Below are positions 1 to 12,269 of a DNA stretch of 64,000 nt, piece by piece; position 1 is the first letter of the stretch, and every line of letters begins with the position of its first letter. The stretch is from Azolla caroliniana (lineage: Eukaryota; Plantae; Polypodiophyta). The notes beneath the pieces are model-generated. The model was not told the DNA's origin, made no database searches, and saw only the letters and a program-made list of their open reading frames with translations. The stretch covers positions 16,988,001-17,052,000 of the forward strand of contig JBHGNT010000006.1 in the NCBI GenBank assembly GCA_043228905.1. The letters run 5' to 3'. The position numbers were made by a program, and so were the translations under genes.

Positions 1-243
1 GACAACGCCGAAAACGAAACTGGATGTCGGACGCCTCACACTTGAGCTTGAGGGGGCGTGTTGAAAGATCATGCTCAACTTAGTTTTGTTAGTTAGTCAA
101 CCATGTAACTTTGTAGTTACCTAGATAGAATCTAGTTAGAAGTGTTGATTGTAATGATTTAAATAGGACCTTGTACTTAAGTAGGATATTCTAGATCCTC
201 CACTCCCAAGGTCTTTTATTATAGGACTTATACGGTTGTAGCT

Positions 244-332
244 TGTTAAAAGATCAACGTGTGGAAGCAACAAAAAACCGAACGTAGGAAAGAACACAGG
301 TTTAATGGAAAGCTTGGACACACAATACACGG

Positions 333-380
<48 letters not shown>

Positions 381-703
381 GATATACACCTCTAATCAAA
401 ATAATAATACTCAATCTGTACATAGGATGTGCTCAGTGAGCACTTTTATACAAGTCCATACAGACTGACAAAAGTACTGACACGTACTTCAATGCTCATA
501 AATGAGCTCTATACTAACTCCCAAAAATATATTCCTAGCCAGAATATCTTTCCAATGGCCACGCGGTTTACGCACCGCTTCTTGTTGCGCACCAGTTTAT
601 GCACCCGGTTTACTCACCCGTCCGGCTGAACCGATCGGTCCCAACTGATCCGGTTCTCGGCTTGCACAACTGATCTAGGCAATGTTGAGCTTGTATCTTA
701 GCA
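244..703 (-). repeat. 3' LTR of B, contains (GA)n
   Basis: TG...CA ends; direct repeat of 10720-11115 with indels. Confidence 0.9.
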
Positions 704-1194
704 GTCCCCTTCAAGCTCAACTTGAGGCTCTTCTAGTTCTTCCGGATCACTACTCCGGTTTCTTCTGGCTTCACGCCTCACTCGCGCTCCCCATCTTGTT
801 CGATTCCGCATGCCTTGACCCTTCCGGTCGGCGTGTGTGCTCGTGTGGCCCTTCTCAACTCCCTTGTCGTCGCGGTGTTGGCGCCTCTTCGGCTACCCTT
901 TCTTCCGCTTGGCCCTCGGTTGATTCGGCATCTCCGAATCAAACATCCGAACCGAATCAGCTTCCTCCGATCATTTTTCGCTCTCGTTCGAGTTGGCTTC
1001 ATCTCCTCCATGCTTGGCTGACTTCGGCTCTTTCTTACGGCTGCTTCCCTCACGTCCTCTTCTGGACTGTTTCGCGGATCTGCCCTGGGCTTCTTCGAAC
1101 GACCCGAAATCGAAATCGTCATCCGACTTGGCGTCACGGTGTCTTCCGCTCCTTTCCTGCTCCCTTCCCTATTCTTACGGGACTTCTCTCCTCC

Positions 1195-4100
1195 TCACGT
1201 TCGGCACATCGAGGTGACGCAGCCCAAGGAGATCCTTAAGTAGCCGTTCCAGCTAGATGGCTTCGCACCTAGCGACAACTGCTCCTCTATACTCAGCTTT
1301 GGTGCTCGACAATGCAACTGTCGGCTGTTTCTTGCTACTCCACGCGATCGCGGAGCTCCAAGAGAGAACGTGAATCTTGATGTGGATCGGTGATCGCCGG
1401 TATTTCCGACCCAATCAACATTAGTGTAACTGACTAACTGCGCGGCAATATCGGTCCGATAGAGTAGCCCCTGATCCTTAGTGCCACTAATGTACCGGAG
1501 TACGCGTTGTGCGCACTGAAGGTGCTCTTCGGTTGGCCGCGCCATGAACTGACTAATCACACCGACCGGGTAACTGAGGACTGGGCGAGTGATAGTCAAG
1601 TAGATGAGGCTTCCGACAATCTGTCGAAACCTCTTAGGGTCGCAAACCTTTCTAGAATCGGGGCGAAGCTTGATGGTTCTATCCAGAGGAGTTGAGACAG
1701 ACTTACAATCTGCCATCCCGAACTTGAAGAGCATACCTAGCACGTAATGTTGTTGGCTGATCAGTATGCCTTTGGGGGTACGGATCACTTCGATCCCGAG
1801 GAAGTAATGAAGGTACCCCAGGTCCTTCATGTCAAATGATGCCACGAGCTGGAGTTTTACGCGGTCAATTTCACCTAGGTCGGCGACACTAATGACCAAG
1901 TCATCAACATAAAGTAAAATACTAACAGTGAAGAGTCCGATTTGGACGATTCAAATTCCATCCGATGCAATCGCTGCGTGATTTTTGCGTTCCAAGCACG
2001 CGGGGCTTGCTTTTATCCTTAAAGGGACTTCTTCAACCGGCAAACCGCTGAGGTGTTCATTCTGAAGTAAAATCGAGGGGGTTGTACCATGTACACCTGT
2101 TCCTCAAGCTCGCCTTGCAGGAACGCATTCTTGACATCCAATTGATGTAAATGCCACCCCTTCGCCGCAACTACCACAAGCAAAACACGGACGATCGTCA
2201 TCTTGGCGACCGGCGCAAACATCTCATCATAGTCGATGTCGTGTTGGTGCGCGTAGCCTTTTGCTATTAACCGGGCCTTGTATCGGTTGACCGAGCCATT
2301 GGTGTTGTACTTGACCTTGTACACCCACCTACATCCGATCGGCTTCACACCCTTCAGTGCATCAACCAGGTCCCAGGTTTCATTCTTCGCCAATGCGCGC
2401 ATCTCTTCCTCCATTGCGGCATGCCAATTTGCGTCCTTCGCTGCTTCTGCGTAGCTCTCCGGCTCACGCACTTCCGCTACACGCGTCATGTATGCATAGT
2501 GATGTGCCATGTACTCGTTGTAACCGAACCACACAACAGGGTTCTTCTGGCGGGTAGATCGGCGTAATTGCTCATTAGCCGATGTTTAGGCTTTCTTGGC
2601 CGACACAGACTTTGCTCTAGAAGGCCCGTCATCGCTCTTATCGGAGTCGGATTTGCGTTGATCCGACTCGCCGTTATCCATGCCATACTCAAACATATTC
2701 TTCTTCCCTTTTTCCTTGCGTGTAAACCATCTCCTCGGCTTCCTACGCAGGGAATGCATGACCGATTCTCCACTACTCGCCGACTCTTCTTTGGACTGGT
2801 CAAACCGGCCTAGTTGCTCGTTCAGTCCACTTAGCTGAAATGAAATCGGACTCTCATCGAGGGTCTCGATTTTGCGATCATCCAGAGGCATTTCAGCCTC
2901 CATGACCTCATCGTTAGAACTCGGGTCTGGAGGTCCAGAGTTGGAGGCAAGTACCAGGACGTAGACTCATCAAACACAACATTGCTGCTCACGCAAGCTT
3001 GTTTGGTCGGGGGTTATGAGACTTATAACCCTTTTGTTCGTCCGAATAGCCGACCAAGATACACTTCTCGGCTTTTGCGTCCAACTTCCTCCGTTTCTGC
3101 TTCAGCACATGCACATACGCAATGCTACCGAAAACTCTCAAGTGTCGTAGATTTGGCTTTCTTCCGAAATATAGCTCATGCGCCGACACTTTGTCTCTGA
3201 TCCTATTCTGGATGTAGACTGCAGTTCGTACTGCTACGACACAATAGAACTTGGGCAAGCTCTTTTCTTCTAGCATTGCCCGCGCCACTTCCACAACCGA
3301 CCGATTTTTCCTTTCGGCTACGCCGTTTTGCTCTGGCGTATACCTACAACGGAATTCGCGCCAAATGCCCATTTGTTGTAGATAACTGTTGAATTGGTCG
3401 GAAAAGTACTCTTTTCCGCCATCCAACCATAGGCACATGATCTTTGTCCATGTTTCCCTTTCTACGAAGCTTTTAAGATCCCGGAAATAGTTGAAGACTT
3501 CACTCTTCTTTTCAATGAGATAGATCCACATGTGCTGCGTGTAGTCGTCGATGAAGGAGACAAAATATCAACTCCCGCCAAGACTAACGTTCTGTGTCGG
3601 CCCCCATACATCCGAATGTATCAAGTCAAGCTTGTTCTGGCTCCGATTACGCTAATTGGGGAAAGGAAGTCGGTGTTGCTTCCCTAGTTGGCAGGCTTCA
3701 CAAATTTGGGCCTTTCGGCCACTAAATTTGGGCAATCCGAACAAAACTTATTTCGATTGCAAGTCCTGAAGCCTTTGATAGTTGACGTGGCCTATCCGCT
3801 TGTACCTCAAGTCGATATCTGACTCAACCTTTTGTCCTTTTGTGAACATTGCGGTGCCAACGTCATTGGTGTCGAGGATAAACATCCTTCCGTCTCTGCA
3901 CCCTTGCACAATAACTTGGCCTTCCTCCTCGATGAAGCACCCGAGATGCGTGAACCGGACTTGCATCCCCTGGTTGACGATCGGCCCGACCGACACCAGA
4001 TTCTTCGTGATTGTTGGGACGTGTAGCATGTTCATGAGTTTCCCTTTTTGCCCGATCAGATGCGGAGTGTCGTCTTTGTTGCGACTACTCCCGATTGCAT

Positions 4101-4849
4101 CGGTTTCTCAAGGTATGAGAACCACTCCTTATGGCTCGTCATGTGATTTGACACACCGGAGTCAACGTACCACACCTCATCCGATTTCGGGGTGGTCTTC
4201 TTCATTGAGTTCACTTTGTGTCTCGTCACGAAGGTTGCCCCTTTTCCGACTTTTTCGGATCCTTCGGCGTAGTGCGATCACTGTCGATTTCCTTTATCGG
4301 TTTGTCCAGATCCGGATCTGGTTTTCTCTGAATCGGTGCGCTTCTTCCAACACTCTCTCTCCTTAAGGCCTTTCTTGCCACACTACCAGCATTCCCCGAC
4401 GGATTTCCCTTGCTGGTTCTCGTCACCTCGACTCCCCCTGTTTCCAGAGGGTCCGGAATTGCTGTCGGCATTAGTACGGGGCCTTCTTCCTTAATCCTAT
4501 CAGCCGCCTCCATTGCGCACCGACTCGCCTCGTCCGCCACGACCATGGGGCCTATCTCCCTCCGTGTACAACATCTTGCTATTGGCGTGCGTACTCGTCC
4601 ATGCACTCGCGTGGTTCTCCTCCATGAGCATCGATTGTAGGTCGAAAAATGACGATGTATTTTCCCGTGTGCACACAACAGTTCGGAACGCTCCAAACTT
4701 CGATGCTAGTCCCCAGAGATAGATTTGCACCATTTTGCATTCCTCAACGTTCACATCGATGGAGGCTAAGGAGTAGCATATATCTTTGATCTTAGAAGTG
4801 TAATCAGCCACCGACAAATCGTGTTGTCACAAGTTGCTCAACTCCTATT
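1195..4849 (-). pseudogene. B gag C-terminus, protease, integrase, RT and partly deleted RNase H
   Basis: ORF fragments: TPEQNGVAERKNR (IN), RYKARLIAKGY and LDVKNAFLQG (RT), LIYLTITRP (RT/RH); many stops and frameshifts. Confidence 0.9.
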
Positions 4850-5202
4850 TGTTGGGATTTCGGTCCCTCCGGATGGGATGTCCGGAGATGAATGACGGCA
4901 AGCCCGGTTGCGGTTACGGAACCGGAGGATGAAGAGTACCCGGCATGAAGCCGGATGAAGAGTACCCGGCTACGGATCCGGATGATGAAGACCCCGGCTA
5001 CGGAGCCGGATGACGAATGTACCCGGAGAGAGAGATCCGGATGCGGGGACATATTTGTGAATATGTTTGCCAAGGGCCCTTAAGGCTATATTTGTAAATA
5101 GCCCGAAAGTCATATGTGTATAAATATGACTTAGGGCAAACAGTTTGTAGCTGCTGTTACTCATTTTTCTGGTTTTCCACTTAGAGGGAGCTAAGTGAGC
5201 AG

Positions 5203-5235
<33 letters not shown>

Positions 5236-5498
5236 GAAGAGGTCGTTGCCTCTGTGTATTACCGCCGCCTGCGGCGAAGACAGTGAGCTCAAGGTTGTTG
5301 CCTTGTAGCTTCACCATTGTACATCTCTGTTTGTAGTGATAGTTGGAGTCTGAGGACACCCATGGTTTTTCCCATTTAGGGTTTTCCACGTAAAACATCT
5401 TGTGCACTCTTCTCTCTAGTGTCTTCGTGCATTTTGTATTTCCTGTTTTCTGTGAGTTGATCCTATTCCTCGGTTGTGGCCGAGCACTGTGTTCAACA
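4850..5498 (+). repeat. 5' LTR of G (649 bp)
   Basis: TGTTGGG...TTCAACA. Differs from the 3' LTR by one substitution that I could find, a 28-bp repeat unit, and (GA)15 vs (GA)20. Confidence 0.95.
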
Positions 5499-5501
5499 AA
5501 G

Positions 5502-5513
5502 TGGTATCAGAGC
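5502..5513 (+). promoter_or_regulatory. Primer-binding site of G, tRNA-iMet
   Basis: TGGTATCAGAGC, 3 nt after the LTR. Confidence 0.95.
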
Positions 5514-5529
5514 GACGGTAACACAGAAA

Positions 5530-8500
5530 ATGGAAGGCGGCGGTAGTGGGCCCCCGGGCATGATGGTGTTGAACTCACAGAACTACGCCGACTGGAAGAT
5601 AAAGATGGAAGACCTTCTCATCGTCCGAGACCTGTACGAACCGATCGACAATGCCGAGATACCCAAGGGAGTAATAGAGTCGGAGTGGAAGCTCCTGAAC
5701 CGGAAAGCCGTAGCGACGATCCGGCAATATGTCGATGTAAGTGTTCTGCAACATGTGGCGAACGATACGAACGCCTATGAGATGTGGCAGAAGCTGTCCG
5801 GACTGTATTAGAGGAAGAATGCTCTGACCCGGACCTTCCTGATGAGGAAGATAGTGAATCTTAAGTACCGGGACGGCAAGAGCATGGTCGAACACGTCAG
5901 CACGTTCATGGGATTCGTGAACCAGCTTGCGGCGATCAAGTTCCCGTTGGATGACGCAATGCAAGCCATCATGCTGATGTGTACCCTTCCGGAGAGCTGG
6001 GAGAATTTGGTAGTTACTCTCAGCACCTCCTGTAAGGAAGAGAACTTGTCTTTACTAACGGTAAAGACAAGTATTCTAAATGAAGAAGCGCGTCGGAGAG
6101 ATAAAGAACCGGTCTCCGACTTGAAGGCGCTGCTTACCGAATCGGAACGGGGAAGACAACGGAACCGGAGTCCGCAAAGACGGGAGAAGTCGGGGACACG
6201 GTCGCAGTCGAGGGGAAGACCTACATGCTTCTACTGTGGGAAGCCGGGGCACTTCCAAAAGAACTGTCGGCATTTCCGGAAAGACAACGGAACCGACGGT
6301 ACCGATTCGAAGAAGTCACTGGAGCGAAACGGTGCATACCGGGGAGCCACAGACCGGAGAGGTCCGGATCGGCGAGGGCAGGACCGGAAAGGAACGATGG
6401 CACTCGCGGCAAGTGAAGAAGAGATAATGCTCATTACCGAAGAGAGGGAGCTGAACCTTGCCGGTGAAGAGATGACCTGGGTGGTCGATTCCGGAGCGTC
6501 GTTCCACCTGACCCCGGAGAAGAAATACTTCTCATCCTACACAGCCGGTGAGCACGGCTGTGTCCGGATGGGAAATGAAGGTACATGCCGGATTTCCGGC
6601 ATAGGAGACGTGTGGCTGATGACATCAACCGGATGCAAGATGCTGCTGAAGGATGTCCGACACGTTCCGGAGGTTCGATTGAACCTGATTTCGGCCGGGA
6701 GGCTAGACGATGAAGGCTACACGGGTAGCATCCGGAACAGTGTCATGAAGTTCAGCAAAGGGAGCCTGATAGTGGCTCGGGCCCGGAAGGTCAACACACT
6801 GTACCTGATGAATTCCCGGCTATGTCCGGAGGAGCTGAACGTGGCAGCTGACACTGCCGGTGAGCTGTGGCACAAGAGACTGTGTCACATGAGCGAGAAG
6901 GGGATGAAGAGGCTTGCCGAAGACAACCTTATTCCAGTGAAGCATGTGCACCTGGAGAAGTGCACCGATTGCCTGGCCGGTAAGCAGAACCGAACCTCCT
7001 TCCACTCAAGGCCACTGACGAGACGTAGCGCACCATTGGAGTTGGTGCACACTGACGTGTGTCAAGTAGAAACGAAGTCACATGGCGGAGCCCAGTACTT
7101 CGTGACATTCTTTGATGACCACAGCCGGAAACTGTGGACGGCACCGTTGAAGACAAAGGACCAAGTGTTGTGCGTCTTCAAAGAACTCCACGCGAGAGTG
7201 GAAAGGGAATCTGGCAAGAAGCTGAAAGCGATACGAGCGGATAACGGAGGGGAATACCGGGGGCAGTTCGAGGAGTACTGTCCCTCGAAGGGAATCCGGC
7301 TCGAGTTTACTGTGCCGAAGACGCCGGAACTGAACGGGCTGGCCGAGAGGATGAACCGGACCATAATGGAGAGGGTCCGGAGTATGCTGGCGCATGCGAA
7401 ATTACCCAAGGGGTTTTGGGCTGAGGCAATGTCGACGGCGACATACGTGATAAACAGATCACCCTCAGTACCTTTGGACGGAGACACGCCGCAGAGAGTG
7501 TGGACCGGTAGGGAAGTATCCTACCGGCATTTGAAGGTGTTCGGGTGTCTCGCATATGTGCATGTGGCAAAGGACCGGAGAGGAAAGCTAGATCCAAAGA
7601 CCCGGCCATGCATATTCCTCGGTTACGGCGATGACGAGTTCGGTTACCGAGTATGGGACCCGGTCGACAAAAAGATATTCCGGAGTCGTGATATCATCTT
7701 CATGGAGGACAAGACACTCGCCGATTGGGAGTCGGAGAAGAAGATGAAGAGCTCCAAGTCGATCGGTGAGGATCAACTCTACGAGGAGCAGTCCTGACCG
7801 GCAAGGGACCGGTTAGCACTCGAGGATCCGGCCGAAGACGGTGAAGAAACAGAACCGGCCGAGGAAGATGAAACTGATACCGGAACCGGCCCCGATCCCG
7901 AAATGGATTCGGATGAAGAGGAAATGGAGGAGCCGGTTACCGAAGCTCCGGAACGGAGATATCCTCTAAGAGAGAGAAGGGCCCCCCGGAGATTTCCGGA
8001 ACCAGAGCACGTGCTGCTGACCGACGAGGGGGAGCCGGAGAGTTTTGAAGAAGCAAAGCTTGACACCCATAGCCGCAGGTGGATAAGTGCCATGCAGGAG
8101 GAGATGGATTCCCTGCATGAGAACCACACATATGAACTTGTGGAGTTGCCGAAAGGAATGCGGGCACTTCGAAACAAGTGGGTGTTCAAGCTGAAACCGG
8201 GAGATGCCGGAAACCCCCCGAGATACAAAGCCAGGATCGTGGTGAAGGGGTTCCAGCAGAAGAAGGGCGTCGACTTCGACGAGATATTTGCCCCGGTAGT
8301 GAAGATGACCTCCATCCGGACGGTGCTGAGCATAGCGGCAAGCATGGACCTCGAGGTAGAACAGATGGACGTGAAGACGGCATTCCTTCACGGTGACCTC
8401 GAAGAAGAGATCTACATGCAGCAACCGGAAGGATTCGAGAAGAAAGGGAAGGAGCACCTGGTATGCCGGTTGAAGAAGAGCCTTTACGGACTAAAGCAGG

Positions 8501-9603
8501 CTCCCCGGCAGTGGTACCGGAAGTTCGACTCCTTCATGACCGACGAAGGGTACCACAAAACGCAGTCCGATCACTGCGTGTTTGTGAAGAAGTTCGAAGG
8601 AGGAGACTTTCTAATACTCCTCCTGTACGTGGACGACATGTTGATCGTTGGACGGGACCAGGTCAAGATACGGATGCTGAAGAAAGCGCTTCACCGAACC
8701 TTCTCAATGAAGGACCTGGGTCCGGCGAGGCAAATACTAGGGATGCACATCATCCGGGACCGGAAGAAGAAGCAGTTGTGGCTGTCACAGGAGAAGTACG
8801 TGACAAAGGTGCTTCACCAGTTCAACATGTCGGAAGCAAGACCGGTCGGGTCAACCCTCCCGGCAAACTGCAAGTTGTCCAGCAAGCAAAGCCCCAAGAC
8901 AAAGGCTGAGAAGGAGGACATGATGAAAGTACCATATGCCTCAGCCGTCGGAAGCTTGATGTACGCAATGGTGTGTACAAGACCGGACATAGGATATGCA
9001 GTCGGAGTGGTGAGCCGGTACATGAGCAATCCCGGCAAGGAGCACTGGAACGCGGTCAAGTGGATACTCCGATACCTGAAGGGCACGGCAAACGTGTGCC
9101 TCCGATTCGGCTCCGGTAAGCCCGAACTCGACGGCTTTACCGATTCGGATATGTCGGCTGATGCAGATACCAACCGGTCCACATCAGGGTATGTGATGAC
9201 GTATGCAGGGGGAGCTGTTTCGTGGCAGTCGAGGCTGCAGAAGACGGTTGCACTGTCAACCACGGAGGCGGAGTACATGGCGGCTGTTGAAGCCGGCAAG
9301 GAAATGATATGGATGAAGGACTTCATTAGAGAGCTCGGTATCCGGCAGGAGGAGTACCGACTCCACTGCGACAGTCAGAGTGCCATCCACCTTGCAAAGA
9401 ACGCTGCCTACCATTCCCGGACGAAACACATCCAGCGTAGATACCACTGGATCCGGGAAAGGATAGAAGACAAGGAGTTCGTGCTGACGAAGATCCACAC
9501 GGACGAGAACGGGTCGGATATGCTGACCAAGGTGCTCACACCCGACAAGCTGGAAGCATGCAGGAAGAGGATCGGATTGGAGAGACATCCCATGCCGAAG
9601 TGA
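5530..9603 (+). pseudogene. G gag-pol polyprotein, one frame with two internal stops (TAG 5809, TGA 7795)
   Basis: ORFs 5476-5811, 5842-7797 and 7903-9603 share a frame. CFYCGKPGHFQKNC knuckle, WVVDSGAS protease, DDE integrase, YVDDML RT, RNase H. Confidence 0.95.
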
Positions 9604-9613
9604 AGCGGGAGTT

Positions 9614-9994
9614 TGTTGGGATTTCGGTCCCTCCGGATGGGATGTCCGGAGATGAATGACGGCAAGCCCGGTTGCGGTTACGGAACCGGAGGATGAAGAG
9701 TACCCGGCATGAAGCCGGATGAAGAGTACCCGGCTACGGATCCGGATGATGAAGACCCCGGCTACGGAGCCGGATGATGAAGACCCCGGCTACGGAGCCG
9801 GATGACGAATGTACCCGGAGAGAGAGATCCGGATGCGGGGACATATTTGTGAATATGTTTGCCAAGGGCCCTTAAGGCTATATTTGTAAATAGCCCGAAA
9901 GTCATATGTGTATAAATATGACTTAGGGCAAACAGTTTGTAGCTGCTGTTACTCATTTTTCTGGTTTTCCACTTAGAGGGAGCTAAGTGAGCAG

Positions 9995-10037
<43 letters not shown>

Positions 10038-10300
10038 GAAGAGGTCGTTGCCTCTGTGTATTACCGCCGCCTGCGGCGAAGACAGTGAGCTCAAGGTTGT
10101 TGCCTTGTAGCTTCACCATTGTACATCTCTGTTTGTAGTGATAGTTGGAGTCTGAGGACACCCGTGGTTTTTCCCATTTAGGGTTTTCCACGTAAAACAT
10201 CTTGTGCACTCTTCTCTCTAGTGTCTTCGTGCATTTTGTATTTCCTGTTTTCTGTGAGTTGATCCTATTCCTCGGTTGTGGCCGAGCACTGTGTTCAACA
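9614..10300 (+). repeat. 3' LTR of G (687 bp)
   Basis: Direct repeat of 4850-5498. Confidence 0.95.
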
Positions 10301-10630
10301 CTATTGAAGTTGGAGCTTTCTGGCTATGGTGCTTGCGGCGAAAATCTTTTTCCGATTTCCCCAAGCATCCTTCGGCGTTTTCGCATCCTGAGTATAGCTC
10401 AGAAGTTGTTCTCCCACCCAAGACGCAAAGTAGTAGAGAACTCTGCTCTCCGACTGTTCCCAAGCCGGGAAGTCTTTGTGTGTCGAATCGGGTGTTGGGT
10501 CATTTGCTCCGTCGACATAGCTCCAGTATCCATGCCCAAGCAGGTACTGGTGCATCTTGTACGACCAAGACGTGTAGTTGTTTCTGTCGAGCTTCTCGGT
10601 AGGAAGCGAGCTAGCCATGCCTCTATCCAT
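10301..10630 (-). pseudogene. B gag N-terminus
   Basis: MDRGMASSLPTEKLDRNNYTSWSYKM, a copia gag N-terminal motif; continues at 4849 after removing G. Confidence 0.88.
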
Positions 10631-10719
10631 TTTGTTTTTCTTGTTCTTTACGAAGGTTAGGTTTTCTTCTCGAGCTAAGGTTGGCTGTAGAGGTTCTCAA
10701 GCCTCGTGCTCTGATACCA

Positions 10720-11115
10720 TGTTAAAAGAACAACGTGCGGAAGCAACAGAAAACCGAACGTAGGAAAGAACACAGGTTTAATGGAAAGCTTGGACACACA
10801 TAGTACGTGGTAGAGAGAGAGATACACAGCTCTAATCAAAATAAGAATACTCAATCTGTACATAGGATGTGCTCAATGAGCAATTTTATAGAAGTTCATA
10901 TGGACTGACGAAAGTACTGACACGTACTTCAATGCCCATAAATGAGCTCTATACTAACTCCCAAAAATATATTCCAACGGGGAATATCTTTCCAACGGCC
11001 TCGCGGTCTACGCACCGCTACGGCTTCTTGTTGCGCACCGGTTTGCGTACCAGTTTAAGCACCGGTTCTCGGCTTGCATAGCCAATCCGGCCAATGTTGA
11101 GCTTGTATCTCAACA
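10720..11115 (-). repeat. 5' LTR of B
   Basis: Abuts the PBS; repeat of 244-703. Confidence 0.9.
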
Positions 11116-12269
11116 TACCTATATTCTCCTCACACATGTGCACCCTTGCACATGAGATCTATATATACCTCATTGATGGTATTTTTGTATTTGATGATGT
11201 TTTATAATATACACTCTAGTTTACTCATCCCCCATCTTGTGTTGTTCATAAGTGTATCTCTCCTCTCTCTCTTCCTCTCACACACATACACACACATATC
11301 ACATAATCTTCTGCACTTAACTTAATCACAAAATTAGGTACCTGATTCTTAACAACTTTGATATGGTATTAGAGCATGAGGATTGAGAACCTTTGCTGCC
11401 ACCAAGCGATTTCCGAAGACAAACTCTAACTTTCGGAAAAGCATACACCGAAAAGGAGGACATGGACAGAAGTATGGCTTCCAACAGAAAAGCTCGACCT
11501 GAGCAATTATGCATCTTGGTCGTATAAAATGCACCAGTACCTATTGGGGCACGGATACTGAAGCTACGTGGAAGGAGCAAATGTAGCAGCGCCGGATTCG
11601 GCACACAAGGACTTCCTGGTATGGGAACAAGGAGCGAGCAGAGTATTGTACTGTCTCGCGTCTTGTGTGCATGACCAGATGCTCGGCTACATGAGGAATG
11701 CAAAAACGTCAAAAGACGCCTAGGAAAATCTCTAGAAGATTATCACCACAAGTACCACGGTTCGGAAGTTGCAGCTTCAACAATAGCTCAATATTATGTG
11801 GCAACGGGACATGTCGGTCATAGATTACACCACCAAGATCAAGGAGATCTACGATGTGCTGGGTTCCATTAACGTGACGGTGGACGAGGACGAGATGGTC
11901 CAAATTTGCCTCCGTGGTCTAGCACAATGACACGGGCCAATCCGGATAGCGATTTACACCTGGGAGAAACCACTGTCCTTCTTCGACCTGCAATCTATGC
12001 TGATGCTCAAAGAAAACCACGTGAGTGGGTCAAGGACAGTTAGAGCGATGATCTAATGTAAGCATATGATAAGGATAAAAGATATAAGAAATACGCAAGG
12101 TGAGAGAGAAATAAGGGTGCCGATCCACCCGACTACCCCCGAGCGAAGGGATTGCAATGGACTCGAGCCTCGATTGGCGTCCCATACCACCACTATGGCG
12201 TCAAGGTGTACCTAGTGCTGGCGCGCTCGCTACAAGAGTTGATCCACCACGAAACAAAGTCTCGACGTA

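Larger units (their letters stand above)
4850..10300 (+). mobile_element. Young full-length Ty1/copia element G (Tork/Tnt1-like), inserted in the gag of B
   Basis: LTRs 4850-5498 and 9614-10300; perfect TSD CTATT (4845-4849, 10301-10305); PBS 5502-5513; PPT about 9597-9611. Lineage inferred from motifs such as GYGDDEFGYRVWDP. Confidence 0.96.
244..11115 (-). mobile_element. Ty1/copia LTR retrotransposon B, degenerate, interrupted by G
   Basis: LTRs 244-703 and 10720-11115; tRNA-Met PBS (rc GCTCTGATACCA 10708-10719); PPT rc 704-711; TSD TAGCT (239-243) / TACCT (11116-11120); order gag-PR-IN-RT-RH. Confidence 0.9.
1..11354 (+). mobile_element. Copia family A, copy A1: 3' tail (1-49), PPT (50-58) and 3' LTR split into 59-243 and 11116-11354 by element B
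   Basis: GAGGGGGCG is followed by TGTTGAAAGATC. The two halves join into an LTR matching 58540-58974 and the reverse complement of 43422-43858. Tail 1-58 matches 58482-58539. Confidence 0.85.

Noticed and set aside
682-1239. 185-aa plus-strand ORF as an antisense or env-like gene
   Set aside because: It starts inside the LTR at a non-ATG codon and is the shadow of the purine-rich minus-strand tail; no recognisable domain.
5809-5811. Programmed stop read-through or U-to-C editing of the stops in G and J
   Set aside because: The stops lie inside gag, RT or RH and not at domain boundaries. U-to-C editing is organellar, and DNA mutation is the simpler explanation.
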